Below, in pieces: positions 26,508 to 41,240 of a DNA stretch of 64,000 bases. The stretch lies in assembly GCA_951406725.2 (NCBI GenBank), contig OX597827.1, forward strand, positions 62,434,001-62,498,000, given 5' to 3'. The notes under the pieces were generated by a model. That model was given only the letters and a program-made list of their open reading frames with translations. It searched no databases and was not told the origin of the DNA. The stretch comes from Octopus vulgaris. Taxonomy: Eukaryota. How positions within the stretch are numbered: position 1 is the stretch's first letter; each line of letters starts with the position of its first letter. Position numbers and translations under genes: made by a program.

Positions 26508-27047
26508 ACGAATGTTTTTCCTTTTTTTCTTTTGTTGCTGTTGCTTTTAATTAAATGATACTTTTATTGCCATGAATAACTACATCTCCGAGGATTAGTA
26601 TAAGGATTAGTTCCAAACGGATCTTTGATAATCTTTTCTTTGCTTTATGCTCTTTATCTGTATCTATTACTGTATTCACACACAAACCCTATTTACGATG
26701 AACACTTGCCAATCCGATTCGCTGACACAGCCATCAAGTAGCTGCTTACTCACAATCACTTCAATTATCTTTACCAGCTCCGATGGTGTTAATAAAAAAA
26801 AACCGATATCGATTTTATCCACTTGTTCCCATTATCATCGATTCAAAGATATCTTTTATCTTCTACTTGTTTAAGTCATTTCACTGCGGCCATGCTAAGG
26901 CACCGCCGTTAAGGAATCGACACCGGTAGCTTTTTCCTTTAAAGTTTGGCACTTATTCTATCGGTCTTTTTTTGCCGAACTCCAAACTTACAGTGAAAAA
27001 TTCAATTTAGTATTAAATCAAATTTCACAATATAAATATATAATATA

Positions 27048-27270
27048 TATAAATTAGAGAAAAACCACTATTAATGTAATTCAAACAATGATAGGCATAA
27101 AACATATCCTATATCTTTTATGTCTATAAAATTATTTTATACTGTTTATTTATTATTATGTACTTTTTGTGACCTAGATAAATGTTTTATCATATATTTT
27201 ATTTTTTCTATATATTTTTTACGGCTATCATTGTTTGAATTACATGATAGTGATTTTTCTCTAATTTACA
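27048..27270. repeat. AT-rich inverted repeat, Penelope-like terminal structure
   Basis: 27048-27106 is inverse to 27212-27270; taaattagagaaaaacc start resembles 2731. Confidence 0.6.
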
Positions 27271-27300
27271 TATATTATATGTATATATATATGTATATAT

Positions 27301-27355
<55 letters not shown>

Positions 27356-27364
27356 CATACATAT

Positions 27365-27533
27365 ATATGCGATGGGCTTCTTCCATTTTCCATCTACCAA
27401 ATCAGTTCTCAAGGCTTTCGTCGGCCCTAGGCTATATTAGAAGAGACCTGACCAAGGTGCCACGAAGTGGGACTGAATCAGGAACCATGTGATTAGAAAG
27501 GAAACTTCTTGCCACACAGCCACGCCTGCGCCT
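27365..27533 (-). mobile_element. 5' half of a family A SINE
   Basis: ccaaggtgccacgaagtgggactgaatcaggaaccatgtg...cacgcctgcgcct. Confidence 0.75.
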
Positions 27534-27787
27534 ATATGCAAGAGTCCAGCAGTAATGAGTGCTTGCCCTTTTCGCACTACTCAAATGGTGGACGTGACTA
27601 GCAGCGATGCGACTGCCGGTGTAAATATGGTTACTATAGGTTGGTTCTCAAAACCCTGTATGATGTGACATATTAATAAATATCTGTAAATATAAAACCA
27701 TCCAGATTTCTGAGTACCTTATTTTTTCTAATATATAATACCTGTACATCATCTCCAAACTTTCTAATATATATATTCAAATGTAAA

Positions 27788-28004
27788 TATGGAAAACAAT
27801 TAAATTTTGGAAAACTTAAAAGAAAATTTTTTTAAAAGAATATTTGCATGGTGTTCAAATACAAGGGGCATTACTCACAAGAGTAAACAAGAGAGACAGA
27901 GACAGGCAGAAACAAGGAAAATGCCCCTTGTATTTGAATACTACGCAAATATTCTTTTAGAAAACTTTTCTTTTAATTTTTCCAAAATATAATTGTTTTC
28001 CATA
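27788..28004. repeat. 85-bp inverted repeat, 47-bp spacer
   Basis: 27788-27872 is inverse to 27920-28004. Confidence 0.8.
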
Positions 28005-28699
28005 GTCACAGTTGAAAAAGTCTCTATGACTGAAATGTGTTTTATAAAATTATTTTAGCAGTTTCTACCTTGACTTTTTTGCATATGTATATATCAACTC
28101 CTGTGTTTCTTTTCAATCTTCTATACACACACACACACACACACATACATATATATATATATTTCTATATGACCGACTGCTTTCAGTTTCCAAATCCTCT
28201 CAGAAGGCATTAGGTGAGTCCAGAGCTGTAATAAAAGACAGTTGCTAAAAATGTCACGTGGTGGGACTGAAGACTGAACCCGGAACCATTTGATTGAGAA
28301 GGAAACATCTTACCACGTAGCCACACCTACGCCTATGGCGGAGAAGACTTAAAAAAGTAAACCAGAGAAGAAAGAAAAAAAATAATATTAAAAAATCTCC
28401 AAACATTTACCTGTTTGATGACGTATATTTCAAAGTCACATGATGTCGTCTGCTCATCATAGTTATTTAAACATTTTATATAATTTATGAAGCTATTTTA
28501 TATATCTGATCTTTGTTTTCGTAAATATTTGGCCGCTTTGAGCCTTTGATGATTTGAGGTCACATGACCTTCATAATTTATATTTGATATTATATTGCAT
28601 TGTTTTTTTTTACAAAAAAAAAAAATCATTTTTAATTATCTTAAAATAATTGGCTGTTAAAATATATAAATATATAGCCTTATCTTTTATTTTTTATAT

Positions 28700-28891
28700 T
28701 TTACTTGTTCCAGTCATTCTACATGCGACCATGCTGGGGCACCTCCTTGAAGGGTTTTCTAGTCGAATGAATCGTCACCAGTGCTTATTTTTATAAAACA
28801 TGTATCTGATGTTGCGAGGACATAAACAAACCAACACCGTTTGTCAAACGATGGTGATGAGATAAACACTCACACGTATATTTAAGCATAC

Positions 28892-28934
<43 letters not shown>

Positions 28935-29078
28935 CAACGGGCGTCTTTCAGTTTCCGTTCACCAAATACAGTCACAAGGTTTTGGTCGGCTCGGGGCTAT
29001 AATACAAAGTACTTACGTTTAATACTACGTGGTGGTATTGAACCAGGAACCATGTGGTTGGGAAGCGAACGGCTTACT
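28700..29078 (-). mobile_element. Decayed family A SINE
   Basis: Tail, internal (CA)n and head motifs in order. Confidence 0.7.
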
Positions 29079-29643
29079 ATCATTTGAAAGCAAATGGTGC
29101 TAAAATGTTCAGATGGAACAATCGTTCCAAATGTTAGAGCCCTCTAAAAATTGCCCCTTTTCACGAAAACTCGGTCCATGCCCATCGATTCCTCACAAGT
29201 CCTCTCCTTCCCATCGGCTATTCATTAACTCTTCAAAATGAAATTGTAATTTATGCCCTTACATTAAATGTCGTACCAAAAACTCTAAACTTTGAACCAA
29301 TCTAAAATAACTAGGTGTTGAGGTACGGCATTATCAGAGAGTTTTATGGTGAATTTATTCTATGGAAAAAAAGCTGAACCGTTTTAAGGTCTTTTTGTGT
29401 TTTATTGCCTTTTCATTCATATCTACTCTTTTTAAAGTTCTTTTTATAGCTTAGTAATAGAAAGGAGAACAGCAGGAATGATTTATTTGTGTTGTCTTCG
29501 GGGTTGCATAGAAGAAAATGAAGCATACACCGCCGATAATGGGTTGTTCTCAGATTGTGGACCTGGTTTTGCTTACAGTCTGCAATACACTAGAATGTGG
29601 AGTTTAGTCAACTCACCCTTGGACAGACAGTGGTAATAATTAG

Positions 29644-29872
29644 GCGGCGAGCTGGCAGAAACGTTAGCACGCCGGACGAAATGCTTAGCGGTATTTCGTC
29701 TGCGTTACGTTGTGAGTTCAAATTCCGCCGAGGTCGACTTTGCCTTTCATCCTTTCGGGGTCGATAAATTAAGTACCAGTTACGCACTGGGGTCGATCTA
29801 ATCGACTTAATACCTATGTCTGTCCTTGTTTGTCCTCTCTGTGTTTAGCCCCTTGTGGGTAATAAAGAAATA
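29644..29872 (+). mobile_element. Young tRNA-SINE family B with 12-bp TSD
   Basis: TSD ggtaataattag at 29632-29643 and 29873-29884. Confidence 0.9.
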
Positions 29873-30081
29873 GGTAATAATTAGTGATCTACTTTCATAT
29901 GGCTGCGGTTCTTGGGAGGCGATACAGAAGAGAGCATTTTACAAATCGTACTCCAGTTAACGAGTACCGGTGAAATCTGAGTGGAGAAACTGTGATAGTT
30001 CTCTGTAGAACTGATAGTGAACACGAAACCAGTAATCTTCAAGATGCATTCCATATATTATATCATATATTCAAGGCGTTA

Positions 30082-30510
30082 AGGCAGCGAGCTGGCAGAA
30101 TTGTTAGCACGCTGAACGAAATGCTTAGCAGTATTTCGCCCGTCGCTACATTCTGAGTTCAAATTCTGGCGAGGTTGACGTAACTTTTCATCCTTTCGGA
30201 GTCGATAAATTACGTACCAGTTGAATACTGGGTTCGATGAAATCGACTAGTCCCCGCAACCCTCCAAAAAAGAAAATTCAGGCCTTGAACCTGTAGTAAA
30301 AAGTATTATGCTTAGGGCGGCGAGCTGGTAGAATCATTTGCACGCCGGGCAAAACGTCCGTCATTTACATTCTGAGTACAAATTCTGTCGAGGTGGACTT
30401 TGCTTTTCATCCTTTCGGGTCAATAAAATAAATACCATTTGATTACTGGCGGTCGATGTCATCGGCTTCCCCTCCTCTCAAAAACTTTTAGCTTTTACAG
30501 AAATTTGAAA
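30082..30510 (+). mobile_element. Two tandem older family B SINEs
   Basis: Heads ggcagcgagctggcagaa (~30083) and ggcggcgagctggtagaa (~30316). Confidence 0.75.
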
Positions 30511-31569
30511 CAATTATTATATCAGAATTTATATAAATTCGACTATAGTACAACTGGTATTTGATCGGTCCCAGAAGAATGAAAAGCAAAGTCGATCCTA
30601 GCAAAATTTTTGTCGGGTTATAATATAACTCAGCATAAATATTTCTAGTGGTCATCAGGTCTTATAGAAGTTTGCAAAATAAACCAGAAGTTGGTTACAA
30701 ATTGCATGACTATAGTAGCTGACTGCGCACTAGATCCATGCAGCAATACAGAAGAAAACCACTTCATATGAAAAAGAATATTATACACAGCTGTACTGCC
30801 TGAAAGCTTCAGAACCACATTAGCTATGACAAAGAGAGCAGAATATCTCGAATCAGCAATCGCCATATTATTTCGCACTCTCAAGACTATGGAATTGCAA
30901 CTAATGAACGATAAATAGGTGCCGAATACTTCATGTACAAAACTAATAAAAATTTATACAATGCACTCAGTTGGGAAACATTTACCATTAATGTGGATTT
31001 AGTTCGGAAGATGAGATCCACATAATTACTATCTATCTGAAAATATCATCGATTTATTACTTTCCTATGAGGCATTATATAGTAACAAAATCTGTATACA
31101 ATGAATTTGGTTAAAACTTTAGCCAGGAAGATTGGCACTTAAGTGATATGGCGATATGGAATGTACACACTATTACAAAGTAGGAAAAAAACAAACGAAG
31201 CATTATGGAAAATGTACAAACTACAACATCAATAATTTATAACTAGAACAGCCAATGTTTAGTGCATTACTACAGGGAATGTAATCCAAGGAAAAATGTT
31301 AAAATTTAATCTTGTAGTAGACGCAAGCATCACGTTGATATTAAATTTAAATGCCACTTCTTTGTAGAGACATCTAATGCAAAAATCTGAGCTAATGGGG
31401 GAAAGCTATACATTGTCGCTTGATGTGTTAGAAGTAGAAACCGAACACCATTGAAGTCGCATCCTACCCTCTTAAAAGTAACACATTGGGGACGGTAAGT
31501 TCCGCAGCACACCGCTTTTGAAAACAAGCGTACAAACATATATAACATATAAAATATATTTGTTTTTTT

Positions 31570-31738
31570 TTTATTGCCCACAGGGGGCTAAACATAGAGG
31601 GGACAATCAAGGACAGATAAAGGGATTAAGTCGATTACATCGACCCCAGTGCGTAACTGGTACTTAATTTATCGACCCCGAAAGGATGAAAGGCAAATCG
31701 ACCTCGGCGGAATTTGAACTCAGAACGTGACGGCAGTC
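31570..31738 (-). mobile_element. Partial family B SINE
   Basis: Reverse of 24180-24350. Confidence 0.8.
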
Positions 31739-32812
31739 GAAGTATATTATGGTTGAAACGACATACTGTGTACTTGTTATCAAATAATAGCTACAAATGT
31801 GTACATGTGGTAAGGCTTTCAATGTTATATACTTTACATTAATTGTTGTTGTTAGACAGCCCCCAACTTGGATATACTCCAGCAGAACTGTGACCTACGG
31901 TAATGGTATTATAACTGTCTTCTTTTTTGTGGGATGGCGTACTACGGAATACATTATTCTATGTATTATATTTAAGAAGTTAAATATAATGAAGAAGCAC
32001 TCCGTCGGTTACGACGACGAGGGTTCCGGTTGATCCGATCAACGGAACAGCCTGCTCGTGAAATTAACGTGTAAGTGGCTGAGCACTCCACAGACACGTG
32101 TACCCTTAACGTAGTTCTCGGGGATATTCAGCTTGACACAGAGAGTGACAAGGCCGGCCAACAGAAACAGGAAGTAAGAGTGAGAGCAAGTTGTGGTGAA
32201 AGAGTACAGCAGGGATCACCATCATCCATGCCGGAGCCTCGTGGAGCTTTAAGGTGTTTTCGCTCAATAAACGGTCTGGGAATCGAAACCGCGATCCTAC
32301 GACCGCGAGTCCGCTGCCCTAACCACTGGGCCATTGCGCCTCCACATTCGAAGCATACTCTAACTACTTAAATATATAACATTTTCCTGCTAAATCTAGA
32401 AGTTTTGATAGGCTAATGAGGCCCGAATGTCCTAATATTCAACAAAATATTAGAACAACGAAATTCAAGGGGACACAATATTTGTCTGATTCACTGCAGA
32501 CAATTATTTGTTATATATTTAAGTAGTTAGAGTATGCTTCGAATGAATATGTCATTCAAATCAAACTATATCTTCTTAAATATAATGCATAGAATAATGT
32601 ATTTCGCAGTACACCATCCCACAAAAAAGAAGACAGTTATAATACCATTACCGTAGGTCACAGTTCTGCTGGAGTATATCCAAGTTGGGGGCTATCTAAC
32701 AACAACAATTAATGTAAAGTATATAACATTGAAAGCCTTACCACATGTACAAATTTGTAGCTATTACTTGATAACAAGTAGACAGTATGTCGTTTCAACC
32801 ATAATATACTTC
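31739..32812. repeat. Foldback inverted duplication (~300-bp arms), left arm interrupted by a SINE
   Basis: 31739-31979 plus 32345-32381 are inverse to 32509-32812. Confidence 0.9.
31994..32345 (-). mobile_element. tRNA-SINE family D
   Basis: Head gtggaggcgcaatggcccagtggttagggc, B-box gtttcgattcc; same family as 42020-42404. Confidence 0.85.
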
Positions 32813-32970
32813 CAACTGTAATAAAGGTTTACAGGTCAACACTGTGTTCTATTTTGGTGTTAGCCATGCAATGGTCTCATTTTTATGTTTATGCTTATTC
32901 TTTTCTTTAAATTATATATATATAGCAATAATAAATCTCTGAACGAGATGTAAACAGTAAGCGCTCGACA

Positions 32971-33293
32971 ACGTAAAGTATACTAGCCATCTCAATATGG
33001 CTAACCACTAGGGGTGGGTGTTACTGTAGCTTTTTAGCCCCAGGAGATCATCGTCTCCAGCTGGCTTTAGACACAATTTCTGTGCCCTTATGATATTTGC
33101 AAAGGGAGGTCATCCCCTCTCGTTTACGAGGTTTACGAGAGAGGATGACCTCCGAACTCTCTTTGCAAATATCATAAGAGTACAGAAATTGTGTCTAAAG
33201 CCAGCTGGAGACGATGATCTCCTGGGGTTAAAAGCTACAGTAACACCCACCCCTAGTGGTTAGCTATATTGAGATGACTAGTATACTTTACGT
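32971..33293. repeat. Near-perfect palindrome (~155-bp arms, very short loop)
   Basis: acgtaaagtatactag...ctctcgt vs acgagag...ctagtatactttacgt. Confidence 0.9.
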
Positions 33294-33302
33294 ATATATA
33301 TA

Positions 33303-33469
33303 TCCGTAGCTCGTCAGTGTGATCGTCTTTGCAAATATAATTTTCAGAACTATACACGAGACGTCCGCATGAGATTGAACTGACGTAATTGTCCGTAGCT
33401 CGTCAGTGTGATCGTCTTTGCAAATATAATTTTCAGAACTATACACGAGACGTCCGCATGAGATTGAAC
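33303..33469 (+). repeat. 78-bp direct duplication, 89-bp period
   Basis: 33303-33380 matches 33392-33469. Confidence 0.9.
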
Positions 33470-33668
33470 ATGCATACAGTTCTACCAATTACTCTTGGGG
33501 TTATCTTTCAAAAGTCTTCGTTTTAACGCGCTAAAATACCGGAAATAATTCTGCAGAAAATAAATTTCTGCAGTGAATTTTGTCGGTTAGAGAACATAGA
33601 GAACATAGTTATAAGCTTGGACTTATTCAATAGGCCTGTGTGTTTGCGTCCCGCTAAACTGCAAGGAC

Positions 33669-33731
<63 letters not shown>

Positions 33732-33781
33732 AAACAAAACAGCTCGAAGTTATTGTAGAGGACAATTACGCAAGTATGGTT

Positions 33782-33824
<43 letters not shown>

Positions 33825-33929
33825 TTCATTCATATATATACAGATAACTAATTATAAATAAATATTTGTACATATATAAACATGCATACATATACATACT
33901 TATATTTACATGCGTACATACTTTTATAG

Positions 33930-33979
<50 letters not shown>

Positions 33980-34445
33980 CTATATATAATACAAAGAGGG
34001 ACAAGAAAGCAAAACATCCGGACAGTTAGGTGATGCAAAAATGGGACAACACACCCAGATAGATGATACAAAAAAAACAAGGACGGGTCATTCTGAGTTA
34101 TATATATATGTTCATAGTTATCAATTGTGAAGTATATCTGCCTCTTAATACTACTTCAACATAACAGCGAAGACTGTACGCTGAAAATGCCTTTATCACA
34201 AAGCATAAACAACAAATAATACGAAGTCCACGGACATAGAATGAGGGCTTTTTCTACAAGCAACAAAAGAAACAAATGGAAAACAAAACAAGCAGCACAA
34301 GGAACGACCCTTCATCAGTTGCCGGCTGTTTTTCTAATCTGTATTTCGAGTAATTCACTACAAGATACGTATTCGATGAAACGTTTGTTCCCGCAAAGCA
34401 AATTAAATAAAATTTGTGTATGTACGTATACGTATGTATATATGC

Positions 34446-34555
<110 letters not shown>

Positions 34556-35071
34556 GTATATATATATAATATATATATATTATATATATATATATTATAA
34601 TATATATATATATTATATATATAAACATTGATTAGATAACAAATACGTACACATACACACACACACACGCACGAACACACACACATGCATGCTCACACAT
34701 ACACATACATGTATATGTATATATATAACGTGTGTTGGTGCATTTGTATGAGATGAGTCTCACGTTGGCTTCGTCAATGAATATTTAATTTCTTGAAACA
34801 AGGAGATTCAACTTTGATTTTGCACGTGTAAGCAGTCGAGTATTCCTGCAGGGACTCTTGAAGCTTTAACGTAATCTTTCGGTAAAGTCATCGAAACATT
34901 ACGCATGCCAAGACTTGGCATGTAATATTACATTTGGAGTCTCATAGGCTTCCTATAAAATTTTCAATCTTTCGAATTCTGGTGAAAAACTCGAGTGAAT
35001 TCTCAGGTAATAGCGGGAGATTGTGGCTTCACTTAGTTTTGAACAAGTACGCGAACACAATCATACGTCCA

Positions 35072-35236
<165 letters not shown>

Positions 35237-35490
35237 GTGGAGACGCATGGCTAAGTGATTAGGGTGTTGAACTCATGATCGGAAGGTTGTGGTTTCGATT
35301 CCTGGACCGGGCGACGTGTAGAGTTCTTGAGCAAAACACTTCATTTCACGTTGCTCCAGTCCACTCAGCTGGCAAAAATGAGTAACGCTGGGATGGACTG
35401 GCGTCCCGTCCAGCTGGGGAACACATACACCATAGAAACCGGGAAACCGGGCCCATGAGCCGAGCTAGGCTTTAAAAGGGCGCGTTTATT

Positions 35491-35492
<2 letters not shown>
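35237..35492 (+). mobile_element. tRNA-SINE family C (V-domain-like core) inserted in (ATCT)n
   Basis: A/B boxes; gatggactggcgtcccgtccag core; sister copy at 60436-60692. Confidence 0.8.
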
Positions 35493-35566
<74 letters not shown>

Positions 35567-35705
35567 TTATCTATCTATCTAGAAACACACACACTTTGTA
35601 GATGTGTGCATTTATATAGGTTTATGAGTAATTATTCAATATGTCTGTCTGTCTTTCTCTGTCTATGTATATATATATATTACATACTTCTCTGGATATA
35701 TACAT

Positions 35706-35766
<61 letters not shown>

Positions 35767-35833
35767 CGTGTGTGTGTGCATGTGTGTATATATATGTATA
35801 CATAAATGTATGTATATATATGTGTGTATATGC

Positions 35834-35910
<77 letters not shown>

Positions 35911-36089
35911 CACAGACACACACACACGCCTATATATCCTTCTTTGTGTAGTTCTTTGAGACTTGAACTCCAGCTGATGCCATAGGAGTGTACACGTAAT
36001 ATACGGTGTATCGGAGCATTAAAACCTGTCAGAGCCTGTCTTTCTTTATGTTCCCTTCCTAGTCTCTCTCTCCCTCTCTCTCTCCTTCT

Positions 36090-36428
36090 CTCTCTCGCTA
36101 TGACTTACTCTGAAGCTCTCTCTCTCATTATAACTTACTTTTATTCTATCGCCCATATTACACACGCGCGCGCGTGGAGATACACAAACACAGACACCCA
36201 CACTCACACACACACACTGTCACTTTCTCTCTCGTTATGACTTACTCTCATTTTTTCCTCATGTTACATACACACACACACACACACACACATACACACA
36301 CACTCACTCTCTCACTCTCTAGCGCGTTCTCTCTCTCTTTCACTATGACTTACTCTGATGCCCTCTCTCGTTATGACTGACTCTTATTCTTTCCCTCATA
36401 TTGCACACACACACACACACACACACAG

Positions 36429-36459
<31 letters not shown>

Positions 36460-36830
36460 CTCTCTCTCTCTCTCACTCTCATGCGCGTTATGACTTACTT
36501 TTATTCTTTCGCTCATATTGCACACATACACACACACACTCACTCACACACACACATACACACACACACACACTCTCTCTCTCTCTCGCTATGACGTACT
36601 CATGCTGTTTTTCGTTACACCCACACACACACACACACACACACACTCTCTCTCTCTTTCGTTATGACTTACTTTTATTCTTTCGCTCATATTGCACACA
36701 TACACACTCACTCACACACACACACACACATACACACACACTCACACACACACACTCTCTCTCTCTCACTATGACGTACTCATGCTGTTTTTCTTTACAC
36801 CCACACACACACACACACACAAACACACAT
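36090..36830 (+). repeat. Compound minisatellite: tatgac(t/g)tact core + (CA)n + (CT)n units
   Basis: Core recurs about 9 times (e.g. 36099, 36236, 36343, 36489, 36590, 36663, 36770). Confidence 0.8.
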
Positions 36831-37221
36831 ACACATACACACACAAACACGCACACAAACACACACACAACCACATACGTGTTATGCGAGCATATATACA
36901 TAGATATTCATCTCTATGTGTAAGAAAACCAAATCTCTTCATATTAACGCACGTAATACAGATTTCTTGTGGTTGTAGATGAGAAGTTTTAAGACACCAA
37001 AATGTCTACAGTGTATTGTTGCAGAAACTTCTTACCATAATATACCAGAGGAGAAGCTAGCAAGATTTTGGTAACTGTTATAATGGCTGCTCAGCAATTT
37101 AGTTTCTATGGTGACCAATGTCTCGAATGGACCATGCTGTGTACTTGCATGTTTATACATTATGTGTATGCATTTGCGCACGCATATACACTTCTACACA
37201 CAAAAGGTGAACGTATAGGCA

Positions 37222-37334
<113 letters not shown>

Positions 37335-37431
37335 AAACCGCACCGCACATACATACATATATACCTACTTACATATACGCACACACACATGCATATATAT
37401 GGGAGGAGAGAGTACGCCATGATGAGAGTGT

Positions 37432-37477
<46 letters not shown>

Positions 37478-37728
37478 AAACAAACGTGCCATAACTACAT
37501 GGTTGTGTGTGTATGTATATAAAAGATACTTATATACATACAAGTATTCTTGTAAGTGTTTTACGCAAGGTTTATTATACACACATATACGTATGTACGG
37601 TGTGTGTCGCCTATGTATATAAATATATGTTTATGCAGTGAGAGGGAGATACACAGACGTGTGTATGTGTGTGTGTGCATAGACACATACACACATATAT
37701 GTACATATATATATATATACATATATGT

Positions 37729-37819
<91 letters not shown>

Positions 37820-37979
37820 TATATATAATATATATGTTTATATGTATGTGTATATATATATGTATATACATATATATAATATATATGTTTATATGTATAT
37901 ATATATATATATTTATATATATAAATTTATATATATAAATTTATATATATTTATCTGTGTATTTTATGAATATCTGATG

Positions 37980-38026
<47 letters not shown>

Positions 38027-38439
38027 ATATATATGCCTATACATCTACAAACATACACACAGAAACACGCATAGTTTCACACACACATGCATATATTCAC
38101 AAGCATACACGCCTCTGTGTGTGTATGCGTGTGTGTGATAAGCAGTGTCTGTGTTGATATTTCCTTTCCATGGTTAAATATTACAATAACGATAACCTTA
38201 GCTCTTACTGTTGGCAGAAATTATATCTTTCTCTTTTTCTTCACGTCTTCCTTTCTCCCTCTCTTCCTCTCAATTTCCCACTCCTCTTTCTCTCTCTCTC
38301 TCAATCTCTCTACCCCTCTCCCTCTTCTTATCCCTCTCCCTCTCTCTACATCACTTCTGTATCTGTGTTCAACCTCCATTAATTCTTTGTAATATTTCCC
38401 AGTATATCTTTCTCTTTCTTTCTCTACTCCGTCTCTATC

Positions 38440-38515
38440 TCTTCTTCTTCTTCTTCTTCTTCTTCTTCTTCTTCTTTCTTCCTCCTCCTCCTCCTCCTCC
38501 TCCTCCTCCTTCTTC

Positions 38516-38547
<32 letters not shown>

Positions 38548-38640
38548 CTTCTTCTTCTTCTTCTTCTTCTTCTTCTTCTTCTTCTTCTTCTTCTTCTTCT
38601 TCTTCTTCTTTTTTTCTTCTTCTTCTTCTTCTTCTTCTTC
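38440..38640. repeat. (TTC)n/(CCT)n polypyrimidine tract
   Basis: Directly visible. Confidence 0.95.
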
Positions 38641-38938
38641 TCTCTCCCTCTCTCTCTCTCTGCCCCTCGCTTTTCTAAGTTCTTATTTCTATCTGCGAAT
38701 TTGCATAAATACACACAGATGCACGCGCACAAACTTATCCACATACTCCATATATGCAGGATTGTGTATGTGTGAATATGTGTGTATGTTTGTATATATG
38801 CATGTATGTATATATGCATGCATGTATGTATGTATGTATGTATGTATGTATGTATGTATGCATGTATATATGCATGAATGTATATATATTTGAGAGACTT
38901 TAGAACTAGCTTTTTAGTTTATATACATACATACATAC

Positions 38939-39014
<76 letters not shown>

Positions 39015-39109
39015 TTTTATACGTTTCAGCCCAAATGTGTATGCAAAAAGACTGTACAGACACTAAAACGCATGTTAATCATATCATATGTTTATGTATT
39101 GAATATATA

Positions 39110-39144
<35 letters not shown>

Positions 39145-39302
39145 CATACATAATGCATATGAACATATGTAATAGACACATGTATGTCTATATTCATATA
39201 CACGTGTATATGCATATATGTGTACGTGTGCATATAATGTATATATACATATATATATATATAAATATATAATGTGTGTTTATTCATAAATACATGTATA
39301 TG

Positions 39303-39342
<40 letters not shown>

Positions 39343-39374
39343 AAAACAAACACGCGAACATGTAAATACATATT

Positions 39375-39424
<50 letters not shown>

Positions 39425-39870
39425 AAAACAGACACGCGAACATGTAAATACATATTTGTATATATATATATATAAGGTGTGTGTGTGTGTGCGTGGAGAT
39501 AACTATATTTCGTCCCTCTTAATCTCACGTAGGCGTTTCAGGTTTCAGCTTTGGTCAAATTTGTCGAAATAGTCATTGTAGGAAATCAGTGAACTGCACA
39601 ACTTGAAGTATAATACCAACAATGAATGCATGTTTCCAGGATTCATCTGCATATAATCTGCCAGGAGATCAACAATAAAAGAGAAAACACACAAACGAGG
39701 ATACAACAAACAAGAAAGTATAAGAAAAGATGTTGTTCACTCGTTGTATGTATCTGAAGCCAATCCTCACATGTACTGTTTCTAATGCTAGTTCTGGCTC
39801 TACGCTACAAACCTTCCTGAAATCTGCTTGTGAAACACATATCTTTCATACGCCTCTAGACTTCATTGTA

Positions 39871-40795
39871 TTGGGTTGTCCGGAAAGTTCGTGCTGATTT
39901 ATAGTAGCTTACATTTCGACTTATTTGAGAACATGGTTGAGTCCATAAAATAGGATTTGACTACACTTCCTTTTAGAGCACAGTTTAAGATATCTTTTCG
40001 TGGATGAAGGTTTATGTTCCCGAGGACTCATTAGACATAATATGAGGACTCATTAGACATAATTAAAATGATCTAAAAAAAAAAAAATCTTCCTTGTTAC
40101 GAAAGAAATTTTTCTTCTGGCAACATCGCATCTGTCCAATATAAATAGATTCAATAAAACCCTTGAATTAAAGAATCTATGATTTTCTTCCTTTCAAATC
40201 ATGAGAACAACGTCGGAGTAAATACATATATTGGGTTGTCCGGAAAGTTCGCGCCTATTTATAGTAGCTTACATTTCGACTTATTTTAGAACATGGTTGA
40301 GTCCATAGAATAGGATTTGACTACACCTCTATTTATGGCACAGTTTAAGCTCTTTTTTCGTAAAGAAGGTTTATGTTCCTATAACCTGTGTTAATTCTGT
40401 AACCTTTTAAAATGGAAGATAAGAAAGTTCATTTTCGGCACTTGATGCTTTGGGAACCAGACAAAAATTGCTGCAGCTCGGCTGGGATATGTTATCCCAC
40501 CCTCCACATTCACCAGATATTGCTCCTTCGGATTTCCAATTATTCAGGTCTCTGCAGAATAGTCGTAATGGTAAAAATTTCAATTCCTTGGATGACGTAA
40601 AAAGATACCTTGATGAATTCTTTGCCATGAAACCACCCCAATTATAGGAAGAGGGTATTTTCAAGTTTACGGAAAAATGGAGACGCATTGTGCAACAAAA
40701 TGGTTCATATTTGGTTGATTAAAAATGTAATGGCAAGTATTTATTGACCTTTTTCTTTCCTTTAAAAATCGGCACGAACTTTCCGGACAACCCAA
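39871..40795 (+). mobile_element. Composite mariner derivative: extra left end (39871-40020), ~200-bp spacer, internally deleted element (40231-40795)
   Basis: TIR ttgggttgtccggaaagttcg at 39871 and 40231; reverse TIR ends at 40795. Confidence 0.85.
40412..40722 (+). pseudogene. Internally deleted mariner transposase
   Basis: N-terminal MEDKKVHFRHLMLWE fused out of frame to TRQKLLQLGWDMLSHPPHSPDIAPSDFQLFRSLQ...KWRRIVQQNGSYLVD (YSPDLAPSD-type motif). Confidence 0.85.
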
Positions 40796-41240
40796 GATCG
40801 CTTTCGGTTACACTGAAAACTACTAGCGGCAACTTTTAGCAAATCTACTTTATGGATAAGAAATTAATTACGGTAGACTTTATACACCATTTTGTACACC
40901 GTGTCCTATATTTTATTCAAGATACTTAAAGTGCTTACAAAAAATCTATGTGGTTAAGAAGCTTAGCGCAGACATAGCTAGGTAGTTAAAAAACTGGATT
41001 GGCAAGCACTTGATTTCGGATTCAGTCCTACTGTGCTAAACCTGAGCAAGTGTTTTCTATTGCAGACCCGAGTTGATCAACGTCTTGCTTGGTAGAGGGA
41101 AACCGTGTGGAAGCCTGTCATAATTGAATGTGTGTATAAGTACGACTTTGTGTTTGAGTTTGTCTTCTTCAGAGCTTGGAAGCTGTTGCTGGGTTGTTTA
41201 CATCTCAGCAACTTAAAGGTTCGACAATTGAACGCAATAT

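Noticed and set aside
28008-28042. gttgaaaaagtc-tctat-gactgaaatgtg hammerhead-like remnant after an inverted repeat
   Set aside because: Core too degenerate to call.
30630-30665. Minus-strand CTGATGA-ccacta-GAAATATTT
   Set aside because: No stem II or stem I pairing.
31140-31330. MAIWNVHT motif resembling a LINE APE endonuclease start
   Set aside because: Too short and frameshifted to support without a profile search.
34300-34350. Minus-strand GAAA...CTGATGA as a permuted hammerhead
   Set aside because: Could not form the required stems by eye.
36090-36830. CRISPR-like repeat-spacer array
   Set aside because: Spacers are microsatellites, the context is eukaryotic and there are no cas genes.
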